IMG/VR virus record: IMGVR_UViG_3300035492_000206
DNA: 64,000 nt
Reading direction: 5' to 3' (one strand)
DNA from: a virus
The notes beneath the pieces are model-generated. The model made no database searches, had not been told where the DNA came from, and saw nothing but the letters and a program-made list of their open reading frames with translations. Of this stretch, positions 45,838 to 54,101 are shown one piece after another (the stretch's first letter is position 1; each line of letters opens with the position of its first letter). The position numbers and the translations under genes are program-made.

Positions 45838-45952
45838 GCGCGTCCCGATTCGCGGCGGCAATTGGAACAACGGCGACAGGGCTGGTGTGTCCGCTGTGAA
45901 CCTCAACAACCCGCGTTCGAACTCGAACAACAACATCGGCGCGCGTCCCGCT
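45838..45952 (+). repeat. DGR template repeat (TR)
   Basis: Ten AAY codons (RGGNWNNG...VNLNNPRSNSNNNIGARP) and 24 adenines. Confidence 0.96.
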
Positions 45953-46117
45953 CTTGTATCAAAACAGTCAGATCGTGCTGGCTTACGGGCTTGCATGCAG
46001 CACTGAACAAAAGGACATGCGGTCCACGGCGAAAGCCGAAATACTCAATAGGCGGGTTAATTCTGGTAGCCGGTGGCGAACGTTTTGCCCGCCGCCAATT
46101 ATATAAGGCATCCAAGG

Positions 46118-47299
46118 ATGGCAAAGACCTATAACAACCTTTATCCCCTGATTTACGATTTTGATAACCTGTACGCAGCGTATTTAAGAGCGCGAATGGG
46201 TAAGCGTAATCGCCGTGAAGTAATGCGCTTTCACCATGATTATGAAGGCAACTTGATTGATATTCAAAATCACCTTATGTGGGGTACATGGAAGACGGGG
46301 GTTTATCGGCACTTCACCTTGTTTGAGCCGGTATACCGAATAGGCGCCGCATTTCCATTTCGTGATCGCGTACTGCATCATGCTCTGGTCGATGTTATTG
46401 GCCCATGCTTTGAAAGCCGTTTTATAAAAGATACCTATGCCTGCATTCAGGGCCGTGGCACTCATGCAGGTGCAGACCGTGCGCAATCCATGCTGCGTCA
46501 GGTGCAGCGCGTGCATGGTCAGGTGTATGTGTTCAAGGGTGATATATCCGGCTACTTCTACAATATCAATCACGCGATTTTAAAGCGCATCATACGAAAG
46601 CGTATAGCGTGCAAGAAAACGCTTGAACTGATCGATGAAATAATCGATTCCAGTACCGATCCAAACGACCCCAATCCAAAAGGAATCCCGCTTGGAAACT
46701 TAACCAGTCAGTTGTTTGCAAATATATACCTTGCCGAGCTTGATAACTACGTTAAGCATACGTTGCGAGAAAAGCATTATGTTCGCTATATGGATGATTT
46801 CTGTATTATCCACCACGACAAAAAACACCTTCATGATTTGAGGGAAAAGATTGAAGCGTTCGTGGGCGAAAAACTGGCGCTGAAAACCAACCGCAAAACC
46901 CAGATATTCCCGGTCGCCACCACTAATGGCCGGGCGCTGGATTTTCTCGGGTATCGCATGTGGACCACGCATCGCCGGTTACGCAAAGACTCGATCAGGC
47001 GCATCTGCCGAAGCTTAAAGCGATTACAGCGGGAGTATGCAGCAGGTGATATTGGCCTGGGCGACGTGCGTCCGGTGGTGCATAGCTGGCTTGCGCACGC
47101 GGCCCACGCTGACACCTGCGGCCTGCAGCGGAAAATACTATCCGCCTTCCCCTTTGTGCGCGGCGAAAATGCCAGCACCGATGATGAGGAGACTGACCAT
47201 GACCGTACCCCGCCGCCAAGTGATTGCTATCGCGATTGGCCTGATAGTGATCCCGACCTGCGCCGTGATGCTGTCGGCCTGCACTGGCCTGCAGCCTGA
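46118..47299 (+). CDS. DGR reverse transcriptase
   Basis: FRDRVLHHAL, KGDISGYF, GIPLGNLTSQLFANIYL, YVRYMDDF and LDFLGY. ATG at 46118 after AAGG. Confidence 0.95.
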   Translation: MAKTYNNLYPLIYDFDNLYAAYLRARMGKRNRREVMRFHHDYEGNLIDIQNHLMWGTWKTGVYRHFTLFEPVYRIGAAFPFRDRVLHHALVDVIGPCFESRFIKDTYACIQGRGTHAGADRAQSMLRQVQRVHGQVYVFKGDISGYFYNINHAILKRIIRKRIACKKTLELIDEIIDSSTDPNDPNPKGIPLGNLTSQLFANIYLAELDNYVKHTLREKHYVRYMDDFCIIHHDKKHLHDLREKIEAFVGEKLALKTNRKTQIFPVATTNGRALDFLGYRMWTTHRRLRKDSIRRICRSLKRLQREYAAGDIGLGDVRPVVHSWLAHAAHADTCGLQRKILSAFPFVRGENASTDDEETDHDRTPPPSDCYRDWPDSDPDLRRDAVGLHWPAA

Positions 47300-47375
47300 G
47301 CCGTTCAGAACCGGTGTAGAGGTTGCGCCGCCCTATGGCTGTATTGATTACCGCGCACGGGGTGGCCAGTGTTAA
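47199..47375 (+). CDS. Small lipoprotein overlapping the RT 3' end
   Basis: GAGGAG SD, hydrophobic signal, lipobox LSAC and PPYGC...C tail. Confidence 0.6.
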   Translation: MTVPRRQVIAIAIGLIVIPTCAVMLSACTGLQPEPFRTGVEVAPPYGCIDYRARGGQC

Positions 47376-47477
47376 TGGTCTCGGTTTTGTTGTGGATTGC
47401 TACATTCGGTGTGGCAGCTTATTTGGTGCTGAAAGCTTTGGGCGAACAAAGAATAATCAGGGAACGAGGAGTGCGCG

Positions 47478-47828
47478 ATGACTGACCTGAAAAGCACGCT
47501 GCAATCGGTACTTGATCTTGCACATAGCCAGCATGAATACGTGCTGGATATAGAGCAGTACGGCAAAAACGAGCACTGGACTGCAAACCTTGTCGGTGAT
47601 TGCGAAGACTTCGGGCTTTGGTGCCGCGAGCAGCTCAAGCTGCGCGGCATTGCTGCTGATCTGATCTACTGCAAAACGGAGACCGGAGGTGGCCACCTTG
47701 TCTTGCATATTGATGGCTGGATTCTCGACAACCGTCACGGCTGGGTGATGAGCAAAGACGACCTGCCGTACACCTGGATCAGCCTGGGGCGGCCAGATGG
47801 CACCTGGCTTGCCATCGAGTCAGACTGA
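47478..47828 (+). CDS. Transglutaminase-like cysteine peptidase core (BTLCP/LapG-like)
   Basis: GDCEDF, GHLVL and WILDNR form a Cys-His-Asp triad pattern. Confidence 0.8.
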   Translation: MTDLKSTLQSVLDLAHSQHEYVLDIEQYGKNEHWTANLVGDCEDFGLWCREQLKLRGIAADLIYCKTETGGGHLVLHIDGWILDNRHGWVMSKDDLPYTWISLGRPDGTWLAIESD

Positions 47829-47830
47829 CC

Positions 47831-47871
47831 GGAAAAAACCCGCTTCTTGACCCCGGCCACACCGCCACAAT
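47831..47871 (+). promoter_or_regulatory. Putative phage late promoter (GGAAA-N30-CACAAT) for the lysis cassette
   Basis: GGAAA at 47831, CACAAT at 47866. Confidence 0.65.
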
Positions 47872-47901
47872 GAGCCTGTAACCACTTAACCAGGCAACCC
47901 C

Positions 47902-48414
47902 ATGAGCAACCCTGCAGATTGTGACCATCAGGCACGAAACGAAAAGCCGTCGGCACTGGAACGGATCCTGTCCATCATCAAACGCCTTACCATCGAGGTC
48001 GACCTGACAGCGACGCGCTTTTCACTGGCGCTTGCTGAGACATTCTGGGCGGTCAGCTTGTTCTGCACCGATAACGCGCTGAGTGCAGACCACTACGCCG
48101 CCATGACTCAGGCAATGGGGCAAACATCGTGGGCGGTAGTGTTCACTCTGACCGCGCTGGCCCAATGGACAATCCTGATATCAGGACGATACCACGGGCG
48201 CGTTTCCGCCGCATTTGCAGGGTTTAACGCCTTTCTTTGGTGGTACATCATCATCGGACTATTCACCTCGGCAGGTTCGCTGCCGGCCGCAACCGGCAGT
48301 GAGCTTTCGCTTGGCTGCGCTGCAGGATGGGTGTTGATACGTACAGGGATCAAGCGTCGCGACATTCAATGGATGGCGCTACAGAAGAAGGGGCGCGACT
48401 GTGAGCGAAGCTGA
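47902..48414 (+). CDS. Multi-pass membrane protein (holin/antiholin candidate)
   Basis: About four hydrophobic segments. First gene of the lysis cassette. Confidence 0.55.
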   Translation: MSNPADCDHQARNEKPSALERILSIIKRLTIEVDLTATRFSLALAETFWAVSLFCTDNALSADHYAAMTQAMGQTSWAVVFTLTALAQWTILISGRYHGRVSAAFAGFNAFLWWYIIIGLFTSAGSLPAATGSELSLGCAAGWVLIRTGIKRRDIQWMALQKKGRDCERS

Positions 48415-48859
48415 GACTATCAAGGTCCTCATGACAACCGGCGGCGGGGCGGGCGGATTGATCGCGATACTACTGGTACTGCGCAGACTCTGGTCCGACT
48501 TTTCGGCCACGCGGGTCTCCACCATTCAGGATGGCGCCCAGGTCAGTGTCATCGAAACCCTGCGCCTTGAGGTTGAGCGTCTATCACAAGCCCAGCAGCG
48601 CCTGGAACAGCGCCACAAGGACGATATCGAATCCATCAAGCGAGAACATGCCTCTGAGCGTGAAGAGCTGATGAAGCGAATACACGGCCTTGAGACACGC
48701 ATTGCTGATCTGCAGGACCGGCACCACGGTGTCAAGAAGGAGGCGCTGGAAGCGTACATGCTGCTGGGTGAGGGTGTCGGCAATCCCCGCGTTATTGAAG
48801 AGCTCAAGCAGCGACTGATGGCGATCATTTTGAGTGTGGACGAAGAGGTGAAGGCGTAA
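48401..48859 (+). CDS. Membrane-anchored coiled-coil lysis-cassette protein
   Basis: N-terminal TM segment GGLIAILLVL, then VIETLRLEVERL coiled coil. Confidence 0.55.
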   Translation: MSEAETIKVLMTTGGGAGGLIAILLVLRRLWSDFSATRVSTIQDGAQVSVIETLRLEVERLSQAQQRLEQRHKDDIESIKREHASEREELMKRIHGLETRIADLQDRHHGVKKEALEAYMLLGEGVGNPRVIEELKQRLMAIILSVDEEVKA

Positions 48860-49341
48860 TGGATGCAATATCTGCGATTTTATCGATTGGCGATGCGGCC
48901 ATTAAGCGCATCTGGCCGGACCCTGCCCAGCAAGCCGAAGAGCAGCGCAAGCTGACAGAGCTGGCCCAGAAGGGGAGCCTGGCAGAGCTGCAGGCGCACG
49001 TACAGCTGATGCTGGCCCAGGTGGAAGTCAACAAGACGGAAGCCCAGCACAAAAGCCTGTTTGTGGCCGGCTGGCGTCCTATGGTGGGATGGGTGGCGGC
49101 AATCTCGCTGGCGATGGCGTACATGCCAAAAGCGTTGCTACTGACCGCTATGTGGGCATGGAACTGCTATATCGTATTGGGGGCGGGCGTGCCATTGGAG
49201 GGCGATCTGGTGCTGCCTGAGTTCCCGGACCTTGGCTTGACCGATTTGGTCGGGCTGCTGGGGGCGATGCTGGGCATTGGTGCGATGCGCTCGATCGACA
49301 AGCGGGCAGGGGTGAGCACGGAGGCGCTTGGGTCGCGGTGA
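48859..49341 (+). CDS. 3-TM holin (GTA-holin family)
   Basis: SLFVAGWRPMVGWV...LLGAMLGIGAMRSIDK. Confidence 0.85.
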   Translation: MDAISAILSIGDAAIKRIWPDPAQQAEEQRKLTELAQKGSLAELQAHVQLMLAQVEVNKTEAQHKSLFVAGWRPMVGWVAAISLAMAYMPKALLLTAMWAWNCYIVLGAGVPLEGDLVLPEFPDLGLTDLVGLLGAMLGIGAMRSIDKRAGVSTEALGSR

Positions 49342-49359
49342 GATTCGCATTCAGGCATG

Positions 49360-49380
49360 GGCGCTTCGGCGCCTTTTTTT
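49360..49380 (+). terminator. Terminator of the lysis operon
   Basis: GGCGC-TTCG-GCGCC followed by T7. Confidence 0.8.
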
Positions 49381-49385
49381 GTGTG

Positions 49386-49419
49386 AAAAAGCGCGCCATC
49401 TCGGGGAAGAATGGCGCGC
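49386..49419 (-). terminator. Minus-strand terminator beyond attP (sib-like position)
   Basis: 9-bp inverted repeat GCGCGCCAT (49391-49399) / ATGGCGCGC (49411-49419) with A5 on the left. Confidence 0.6.
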
Positions 49420-49431
49420 CAATCAAGGGTT

Positions 49432-49650
49432 ATTTTGACACACGTTTGACACACGTAATTTATTAAAAATATAACCCTTTGATTTTTAAGGCGTAAATCA
49501 CATTTTTCAGAACTGGTTCATGGTGTTCATGGGGCGACCTGAAAATAACGTTTTTGCTTGTTTTTCAATAAATTAGGCTATGTCTTTCCGTACAGTAGTC
49601 GGCCATGATAGGACATAATGTGCCAAATTTTGACACACGTTTGACACACG
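49432..49650. other. attP: two 24-bp arm-site blocks, IHF site and core
   Basis: ATTTTGACACACGTTTGACACACG at 49432-49455 and 49627-49650, each a tandem TTTGACACACG. IHF consensus AATCAAagggTTA at 49484-49472. AT-rich. Abuts the integrase stop codon. Confidence 0.85.
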
Positions 49651-49651
49651 G

Positions 49652-50893
49652 CTATTCAGCCTGCGCCGCACGCTCACGGGCCTCCTCGAGCGCTTTGGTA
49701 AAGTCGTAGTCCTGATGCTTGCCTGCTGCCAGGCGCACCGCCTTGGCGTAGTGCCGCTCGAGCATGGCAAGGCTCGAATGGCCTGCCTGCTGGGCTACCC
49801 ACGTAAGCGGCTTGCCTGCCGCAATCATCAATGAGCAAAACGTGTGTCGGGTCTGCTTCGGTGACCGGTTAGTGTGCCGGATGCCCGCTCTCTTCAGCCC
49901 GCTGGTCCACAAACTTCGAAGGTGGGTCCGGGCCATCCAGTCGTAACGGTTGCCTCGGGTTTTGTTCTTGGGCCTGAATATCAGGCCGCCTGCGAGCTGG
50001 CTGTATTGGCGCTGGTCCTGCAGGGCCTCCCAGGCCGGTGGCAGCAACTCCACAATGCGCTCTTCGCCGGTCTTTGTGGTTTTCAGGTACTCCTCGTTAT
50101 TGGCAAAGCCTACGGCTCTCGATACGGTTATCGTCCGGTTGTTCCAGTCTATGTCGCCCCATTCAACCACCGGGCCCTCCTGCAGGCGCAGTCCGGTGAA
50201 CAGCATAAACTGGTAGTAGTTGCGCACCTGGGGATCGGTGAATGCCTGCAGCAGCAGGTGTATCTCCTCTTCACCCAACGGATCGATGCGCTCTTTCCGC
50301 TGGCGAGTGGTGGCTTGGCCGAGATATTCGGCCAGCCGTATGTGTTGGTAGGGGTGTTTGTCGATAGTGCCTTCGGCCAGAGCCTCGCGCACAATTGGAT
50401 TGAGCAGGCTCATGATGAGCTGGCCATGCGTCAGGCCAAACTCAGCTTTTTCGAGCCATGCCTTGATATGACGACCGGTTAGCTCCGGCAGGGTGAGGTG
50501 GCCAAAATTCGGCTTGATATGCTTTTCAAACATCTTCAAGCGTTCGCCATAGGTGGACTCTTCCCAGCCTTGTGAGCCGGACAGTCTCAGCTTGCGGTCC
50601 ATGCGGTCCTTGACCAGTTCCGCGATGGTTCGCTCTATGATGCGTGCATCTTGAGTCTTGGGCGCGAAATGACGATCAGGGTCATACATGCCCATTTCGA
50701 TCTCAAGCCGAATCTGGCTAATCTTCTGGTTGGCGGCCCGTATGTTGGCCGGGGTAGGCGGGACGTTCAGGGAGTGGCGATAGCGCTTGCGCCTGAAGGT
50801 ATATTGAATTTGCAGGGCTTCTTTGCCCGATGGCGTTTTGCGTATGCTTACGCCGCGTTCCGGCGTCTCCGTGGTTTTTTGCCTTCTACCCAT
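49652..50893 (-). CDS. int: Tyrosine integrase with arm-binding domain
   Basis: FTGLRLQE, QTRHTFCS, VAQQAGHSSLAMLERHY catalytic motifs and an N-terminal arm-DNA-binding region. ATG at 50893. Confidence 0.95.
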   Translation of the reverse strand: MGRRQKTTETPERGVSIRKTPSGKEALQIQYTFRRKRYRHSLNVPPTPANIRAANQKISQIRLEIEMGMYDPDRHFAPKTQDARIIERTIAELVKDRMDRKLRLSGSQGWEESTYGERLKMFEKHIKPNFGHLTLPELTGRHIKAWLEKAEFGLTHGQLIMSLLNPIVREALAEGTIDKHPYQHIRLAEYLGQATTRQRKERIDPLGEEEIHLLLQAFTDPQVRNYYQFMLFTGLRLQEGPVVEWGDIDWNNRTITVSRAVGFANNEEYLKTTKTGEERIVELLPPAWEALQDQRQYSQLAGGLIFRPKNKTRGNRYDWMARTHLRSLWTSGLKRAGIRHTNRSPKQTRHTFCSLMIAAGKPLTWVAQQAGHSSLAMLERHYAKAVRLAAGKHQDYDFTKALEEARERAAQAE

Positions 50894-51054
50894 GCTGACA
50901 TTGCCTTCAAATTGACCCATACCCGGTTGCGATTATCGTAACGATAGTGCAACTCTTCAAGAAGTTCGCCTTCCTCGATGAGTCTGTTCCAGGTTCGGCG
51001 GCTTTCGCCGGTCTGCGCAAGGTACTGGGGAAGTCTTATCCAGTCCATCATCAT
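50848..51054 (-). CDS. xis: Excisionase
   Basis: 68 aa winged-helix-like, WIRLPQYLAQTGES...RVWVNL, overlapping the int start. Confidence 0.75.
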   Translation of the reverse strand: MMMDWIRLPQYLAQTGESRRTWNRLIEEGELLEELHYRYDNRNRVWVNLKAMSAWVEGKKPRRRRNAA

Positions 51055-51264
51055 TGGTCCTCATCTTCCATGGCCGCCCTGATCATCATCCAGGCTGCGG
51101 CCAGTATTGTTGCTGCCAGAAACAGGAACGGCTCAGTCACCGCTTCCTCCTATTCATCTGCCGTGACACCGCTCGCCAGTCCCAATACTGAGGCTGCGCT
51201 GGCCGTGCTTGTGCGGGTTTTGGTGTGCGCTTGTACCATTTCAGTTGGCGTGTGATTTTGTCGT

Positions 51265-51786
51265 TCATGCTGCACTCGATTCACTTTGCTGGAGTTCAAC
51301 CAGCTGGCCTTCAATGCCGCAGCTCCTCAGTACCTCCGTGTCAGCATCGCTATATGCAATCAGACAAGAAGGTGCGCCGCTGTTTGCCTTGGCCCTTGTT
51401 CCGTCTACGTGGTGGAAATGCAGGCGTCCCCTGATAAACAGAATACTGTGCGCTCGCTGCCAGACATGCCGGAAGAACATGTCCGTTTCGGTGCGTGCAA
51501 AGATCAGTGCAATGCCGTTGCCGTGATCTGCCATGCGCTCCAACCACTTTGCCGCCTCCCTGCCGTATGGTGGATTCAACCAAACTCGGCCGAACCATTC
51601 CCAATCCAGACCGTTATCCTCAACGCCTAAATGGACTGTAGCGGTATCCCACGGTCTGCGATCAGCAGGACTGCAAGGGTCAAGATCAAATGGCCCTAGC
51701 ACCTTGATGATCTCCGGCGGCGTTAACCATTCATCCTTCTGCATTGACGGCAGGTGCCTGCCTGTCATGCCCGTTCCAATACTCAC
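51265..51786 (-). CDS. Phage DNA N6-adenine methyltransferase (Dam-type)
   Basis: DEWLTPP, FDLDPC and VWLNPPYG. Confidence 0.9.
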   Translation of the reverse strand: MSIGTGMTGRHLPSMQKDEWLTPPEIIKVLGPFDLDPCSPADRRPWDTATVHLGVEDNGLDWEWFGRVWLNPPYGREAAKWLERMADHGNGIALIFARTETDMFFRHVWQRAHSILFIRGRLHFHHVDGTRAKANSGAPSCLIAYSDADTEVLRSCGIEGQLVELQQSESSAA

Positions 51787-51980
51787 TTTTCACTCACCTC
51801 AATCTTGTGTTCACAATCCCGCACAGCCATGCTGATCGGGATGCCTTTGTAATCCGGGATAACGGGCTCGGCATCCCACTGGCTCCAGGCCAGATGCCGC
51901 TGACAGGTTTCTCGCTCCGGGCACCACTCGACGCCCAGGTCAAAGCCGGTGCAGCGGGATACATCAAGGGGTAGGGTCAT
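51783..51980 (-). CDS. Small Cys-rich phage hypothetical
   Basis: DVSRC...WCPERETCQRH, coupled to both neighbours. Confidence 0.6.
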   Translation of the reverse strand: MTLPLDVSRCTGFDLGVEWCPERETCQRHLAWSQWDAEPVIPDYKGIPISMAVRDCEHKIEVSEK

Positions 51981-52204
51981 TAGGTTTCTCCTTGGCTCAT
52001 CGAATTCAGCTTGTCTGCCAGCGCCTTGAAGTGAATGGCGTCCTGACTATCCCCATACCTCAGCTCTTCAAGTAGGCACCAAAGCCTTCGTGTTGAGATT
52101 GTTTTTTGCTGCTCACAAATCCGGTATAGGTCGGCAAGCCTGTCGCCTCGTGCGCGGCTTGCAGCCTTTGCGATGGTTATGCTGTATCCGTAAGGGTCAC
52201 TCAC
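51980..52204 (-). CDS. Phage hypothetical
   Basis: Coupled early-left ORF. Confidence 0.55.
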   Translation of the reverse strand: MSDPYGYSITIAKAASRARGDRLADLYRICEQQKTISTRRLWCLLEELRYGDSQDAIHFKALADKLNSMSQGET

Positions 52205-52503
52205 TACTCACCCCTCGCCGCCTTCGTCATCTCATGCGCGGCCCTCAGTGCTTCGGCCATCTGTTTGACGCGTTCCGCCAGTGAAGGGAAGTCGCCATCA
52301 TGCTCGGCGGCAATGCGGACTTGACTTAGGTGTGTCATGGCCTGGCGTTCATCCAGACGGGCGCGTTTGACCTCATCCTCCAAGCGCCTTGACTTGGCAA
52401 CCTCATCGCCCTGAACGGTGCGGGATGCCAGCGTTTGCAGCATCCATTTCTGATCGGATAACAGATCATCCAGATTGAATACGCAGGTCATGTATTGGCT
52501 CAC
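52204..52503 (-). CDS. Phage hypothetical
   Basis: Coupled early-left ORF. Confidence 0.55.
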   Translation of the reverse strand: MSQYMTCVFNLDDLLSDQKWMLQTLASRTVQGDEVAKSRRLEDEVKRARLDERQAMTHLSQVRIAAEHDGDFPSLAERVKQMAEALRAAHEMTKAARGE

Positions 52504-52605
52504 GATTGCACCTCCTTGGCTCGCTGGCGGTTAAACCACATGTCTCGGTAAACGGCACGGGTAACAGGGTTTGGGTGCTCAAGCATCAGCCGAAATAGCT
52601 TTGCG

Positions 52606-53085
52606 TCAGACATCACTAGCCTCCTTGGCTTGCTGGCGGAGTTGGTCGATCTTGTCATCCATGAAGTCAACCGCAAACTCGACACCTGGTTGCATGTTGA
52701 GCTTTGCCACGTATGTCATCATCTCTGTCTTTAACCGATCAATCACCTCGGCATCGTGCTGAGCCAGTGAAATATCATTCGGTACCTCTTCTTGCTGGAT
52801 ACACCACAGCTCATCCGACAAGTCGCGGTCATGGACATTCAGATCCATAAAGCGCTGCAGCGCCGCTTTCAGTTGATCGCGCTCTTGCTCCCGATCAATC
52901 ACTTGCTGAGTCTGCGACCCATGCTGGCGACGAAGCAGTTGGTTATCCTCATACAACCGCTCCACCTCAGCCCGAAGCCGCTCAATTTCCTCAGCGGCCA
53001 ATGATACGGTTACCGGCTCGTCCGTTTCTCCGGCTGCTGCCATGCGCTGCGCCAGGGTATGCAGCTCTGTAATCAGGTCAGTCAT
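52606..53085 (-). CDS. Phage hypothetical coiled-coil protein (Ead/Ea22-like region)
   Basis: AAEEIERLRAEVERL. ATG at 53085. Confidence 0.55.
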   Translation of the reverse strand: MTDLITELHTLAQRMAAAGETDEPVTVSLAAEEIERLRAEVERLYEDNQLLRRQHGSQTQQVIDREQERDQLKAALQRFMDLNVHDRDLSDELWCIQQEEVPNDISLAQHDAEVIDRLKTEMMTYVAKLNMQPGVEFAVDFMDDKIDQLRQQAKEASDV

Positions 53086-53401
53086 TCCCAGTACCTCCCA
53101 TGCACTCCCGCGCAAAGTCTTCGCCCATCTCTTCAGCCAGCGACTTGGTTTCAACACCGTAGTTGTCGCGGACGTGATGCCTGGCAACCTGATACAGCTC
53201 TGCGATAGTCAGGTGGGGCGTATCCACAAACCCTGCTTCGTATGCGCCGACCGGGGTTGCTGCGAAATCCATTACAGCCTTTGCAGCCAATGCTTTGGCG
53301 AACTCATACACATACGGGTTCAGGTCTTCGGTGCCGTCCGGTTGGGTTTTCAACTTGAAGCCGTTGGCCAGGGCCAGTTCTTTGATCTGTTCACGATGCA
53401 T
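53078..53401 (-). CDS. Phage hypothetical
   Basis: MHREQIKELALANGFKLKTQPDG...LNPYVYEFA. ATG at 53401. Confidence 0.6.
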   Translation of the reverse strand: MHREQIKELALANGFKLKTQPDGTEDLNPYVYEFAKALAAKAVMDFAATPVGAYEAGFVDTPHLTIAELYQVARHHVRDNYGVETKSLAEEMGEDFARECMGGTGND

Positions 53402-53699
53402 CGTTCTGCTCCTTGGTTTGCATTGCTGGACGAAGGTGTGACAGCTCAATGAGCAAACCCATATCCACTGAGTAGCGGCTGACATCCAGACCCATTGCCG
53501 CACGGCTATCGATAACCGCTGTGGCGGCGGCGTTCAGCTTTTTGAGTTGAGCCTGCAGCCGATCGTTTTCTTCCTGCATCTGCTCAACACAATACTTGGC
53601 AAACAGCTTGGCGCTGACGGTGGTGACGAGGTTGCCGCTTGAGCCCTCCGGGAACTCGATGAACTCATCGAAGGCTTGATCAATGTTCACTGTCTTCAC
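53391..53699 (-). CDS. Phage hypothetical
   Basis: GTG start after GGAG, coupled to neighbours. Confidence 0.55.
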   Translation of the reverse strand: MKTVNIDQAFDEFIEFPEGSSGNLVTTVSAKLFAKYCVEQMQEENDRLQAQLKKLNAAATAVIDSRAAMGLDVSRYSVDMGLLIELSHLRPAMQTKEQNDAS

Positions 53700-53853
53700 T
53701 CCTTTGGTATTCGGTGCATCTGACGATCACCAGGCGTTCGCCTTCCTCTTGCTTGACCACAAGATGCGGCATGTCTTTAAACGGCAGGGCACTGCAGTCT
53801 TCGTTGGTGCGTGTGCAGCTGGCGCACATGCCGCCTTTGGGGATCCACTTCAC
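53680..53853 (-). CDS. Small Cys-containing phage hypothetical
   Basis: WIPKGGMCASC...CSALPF...VRCTEY. GTGA overlap with the upstream gene. Confidence 0.5.
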   Translation of the reverse strand: MKWIPKGGMCASCTRTNEDCSALPFKDMPHLVVKQEEGERLVIVRCTEYQRSEDSEH

Positions 53854-54101
53854 TGCAGCCTCCGGGTTGCCAGCCTGCACAGAGCCTCGATATCGGTCTG
53901 AAGTTCGTAGCGGTTGGGGTGCAGGGCGAAGCGTTCGTTGCCCATGCTGGCGCTGACGCCGGTCTGGTCGATCTGCAGGGTGATGCCCTGGGGCAGGCGA
54001 CCGCTGATGAATGCCAGGCATTCGGCGATGACAGAGTGGTCTTTCTGTTCGACGGTTTCCGCCTGCAGGTATGCGGCGGCTTTACGCTGTATTCCTAACA
54101 T
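53850..54101 (-). CDS. Phage hypothetical
   Basis: 83 aa coupled ORF. Confidence 0.5.
   Translation of the reverse strand: MLGIQRKAAAYLQAETVEQKDHSVIAECLAFISGRLPQGITLQIDQTGVSASMGNERFALHPNRYELQTDIEALCRLATRRLQ

Larger units (their letters stand above)
44184..47299 (+). mobile_element. Diversity-generating retroelement (target-VR, hairpin, avd, TR, RT)
   Basis: All canonical DGR components are present in BPP-1 order. Confidence 0.96.

Noticed and set aside
46118-47299. RT as a group II intron or retron
   Set aside because: VR/TR pair with adenine-only mismatches plus avd defines a DGR. No intron maturase context or msr-msd seen.
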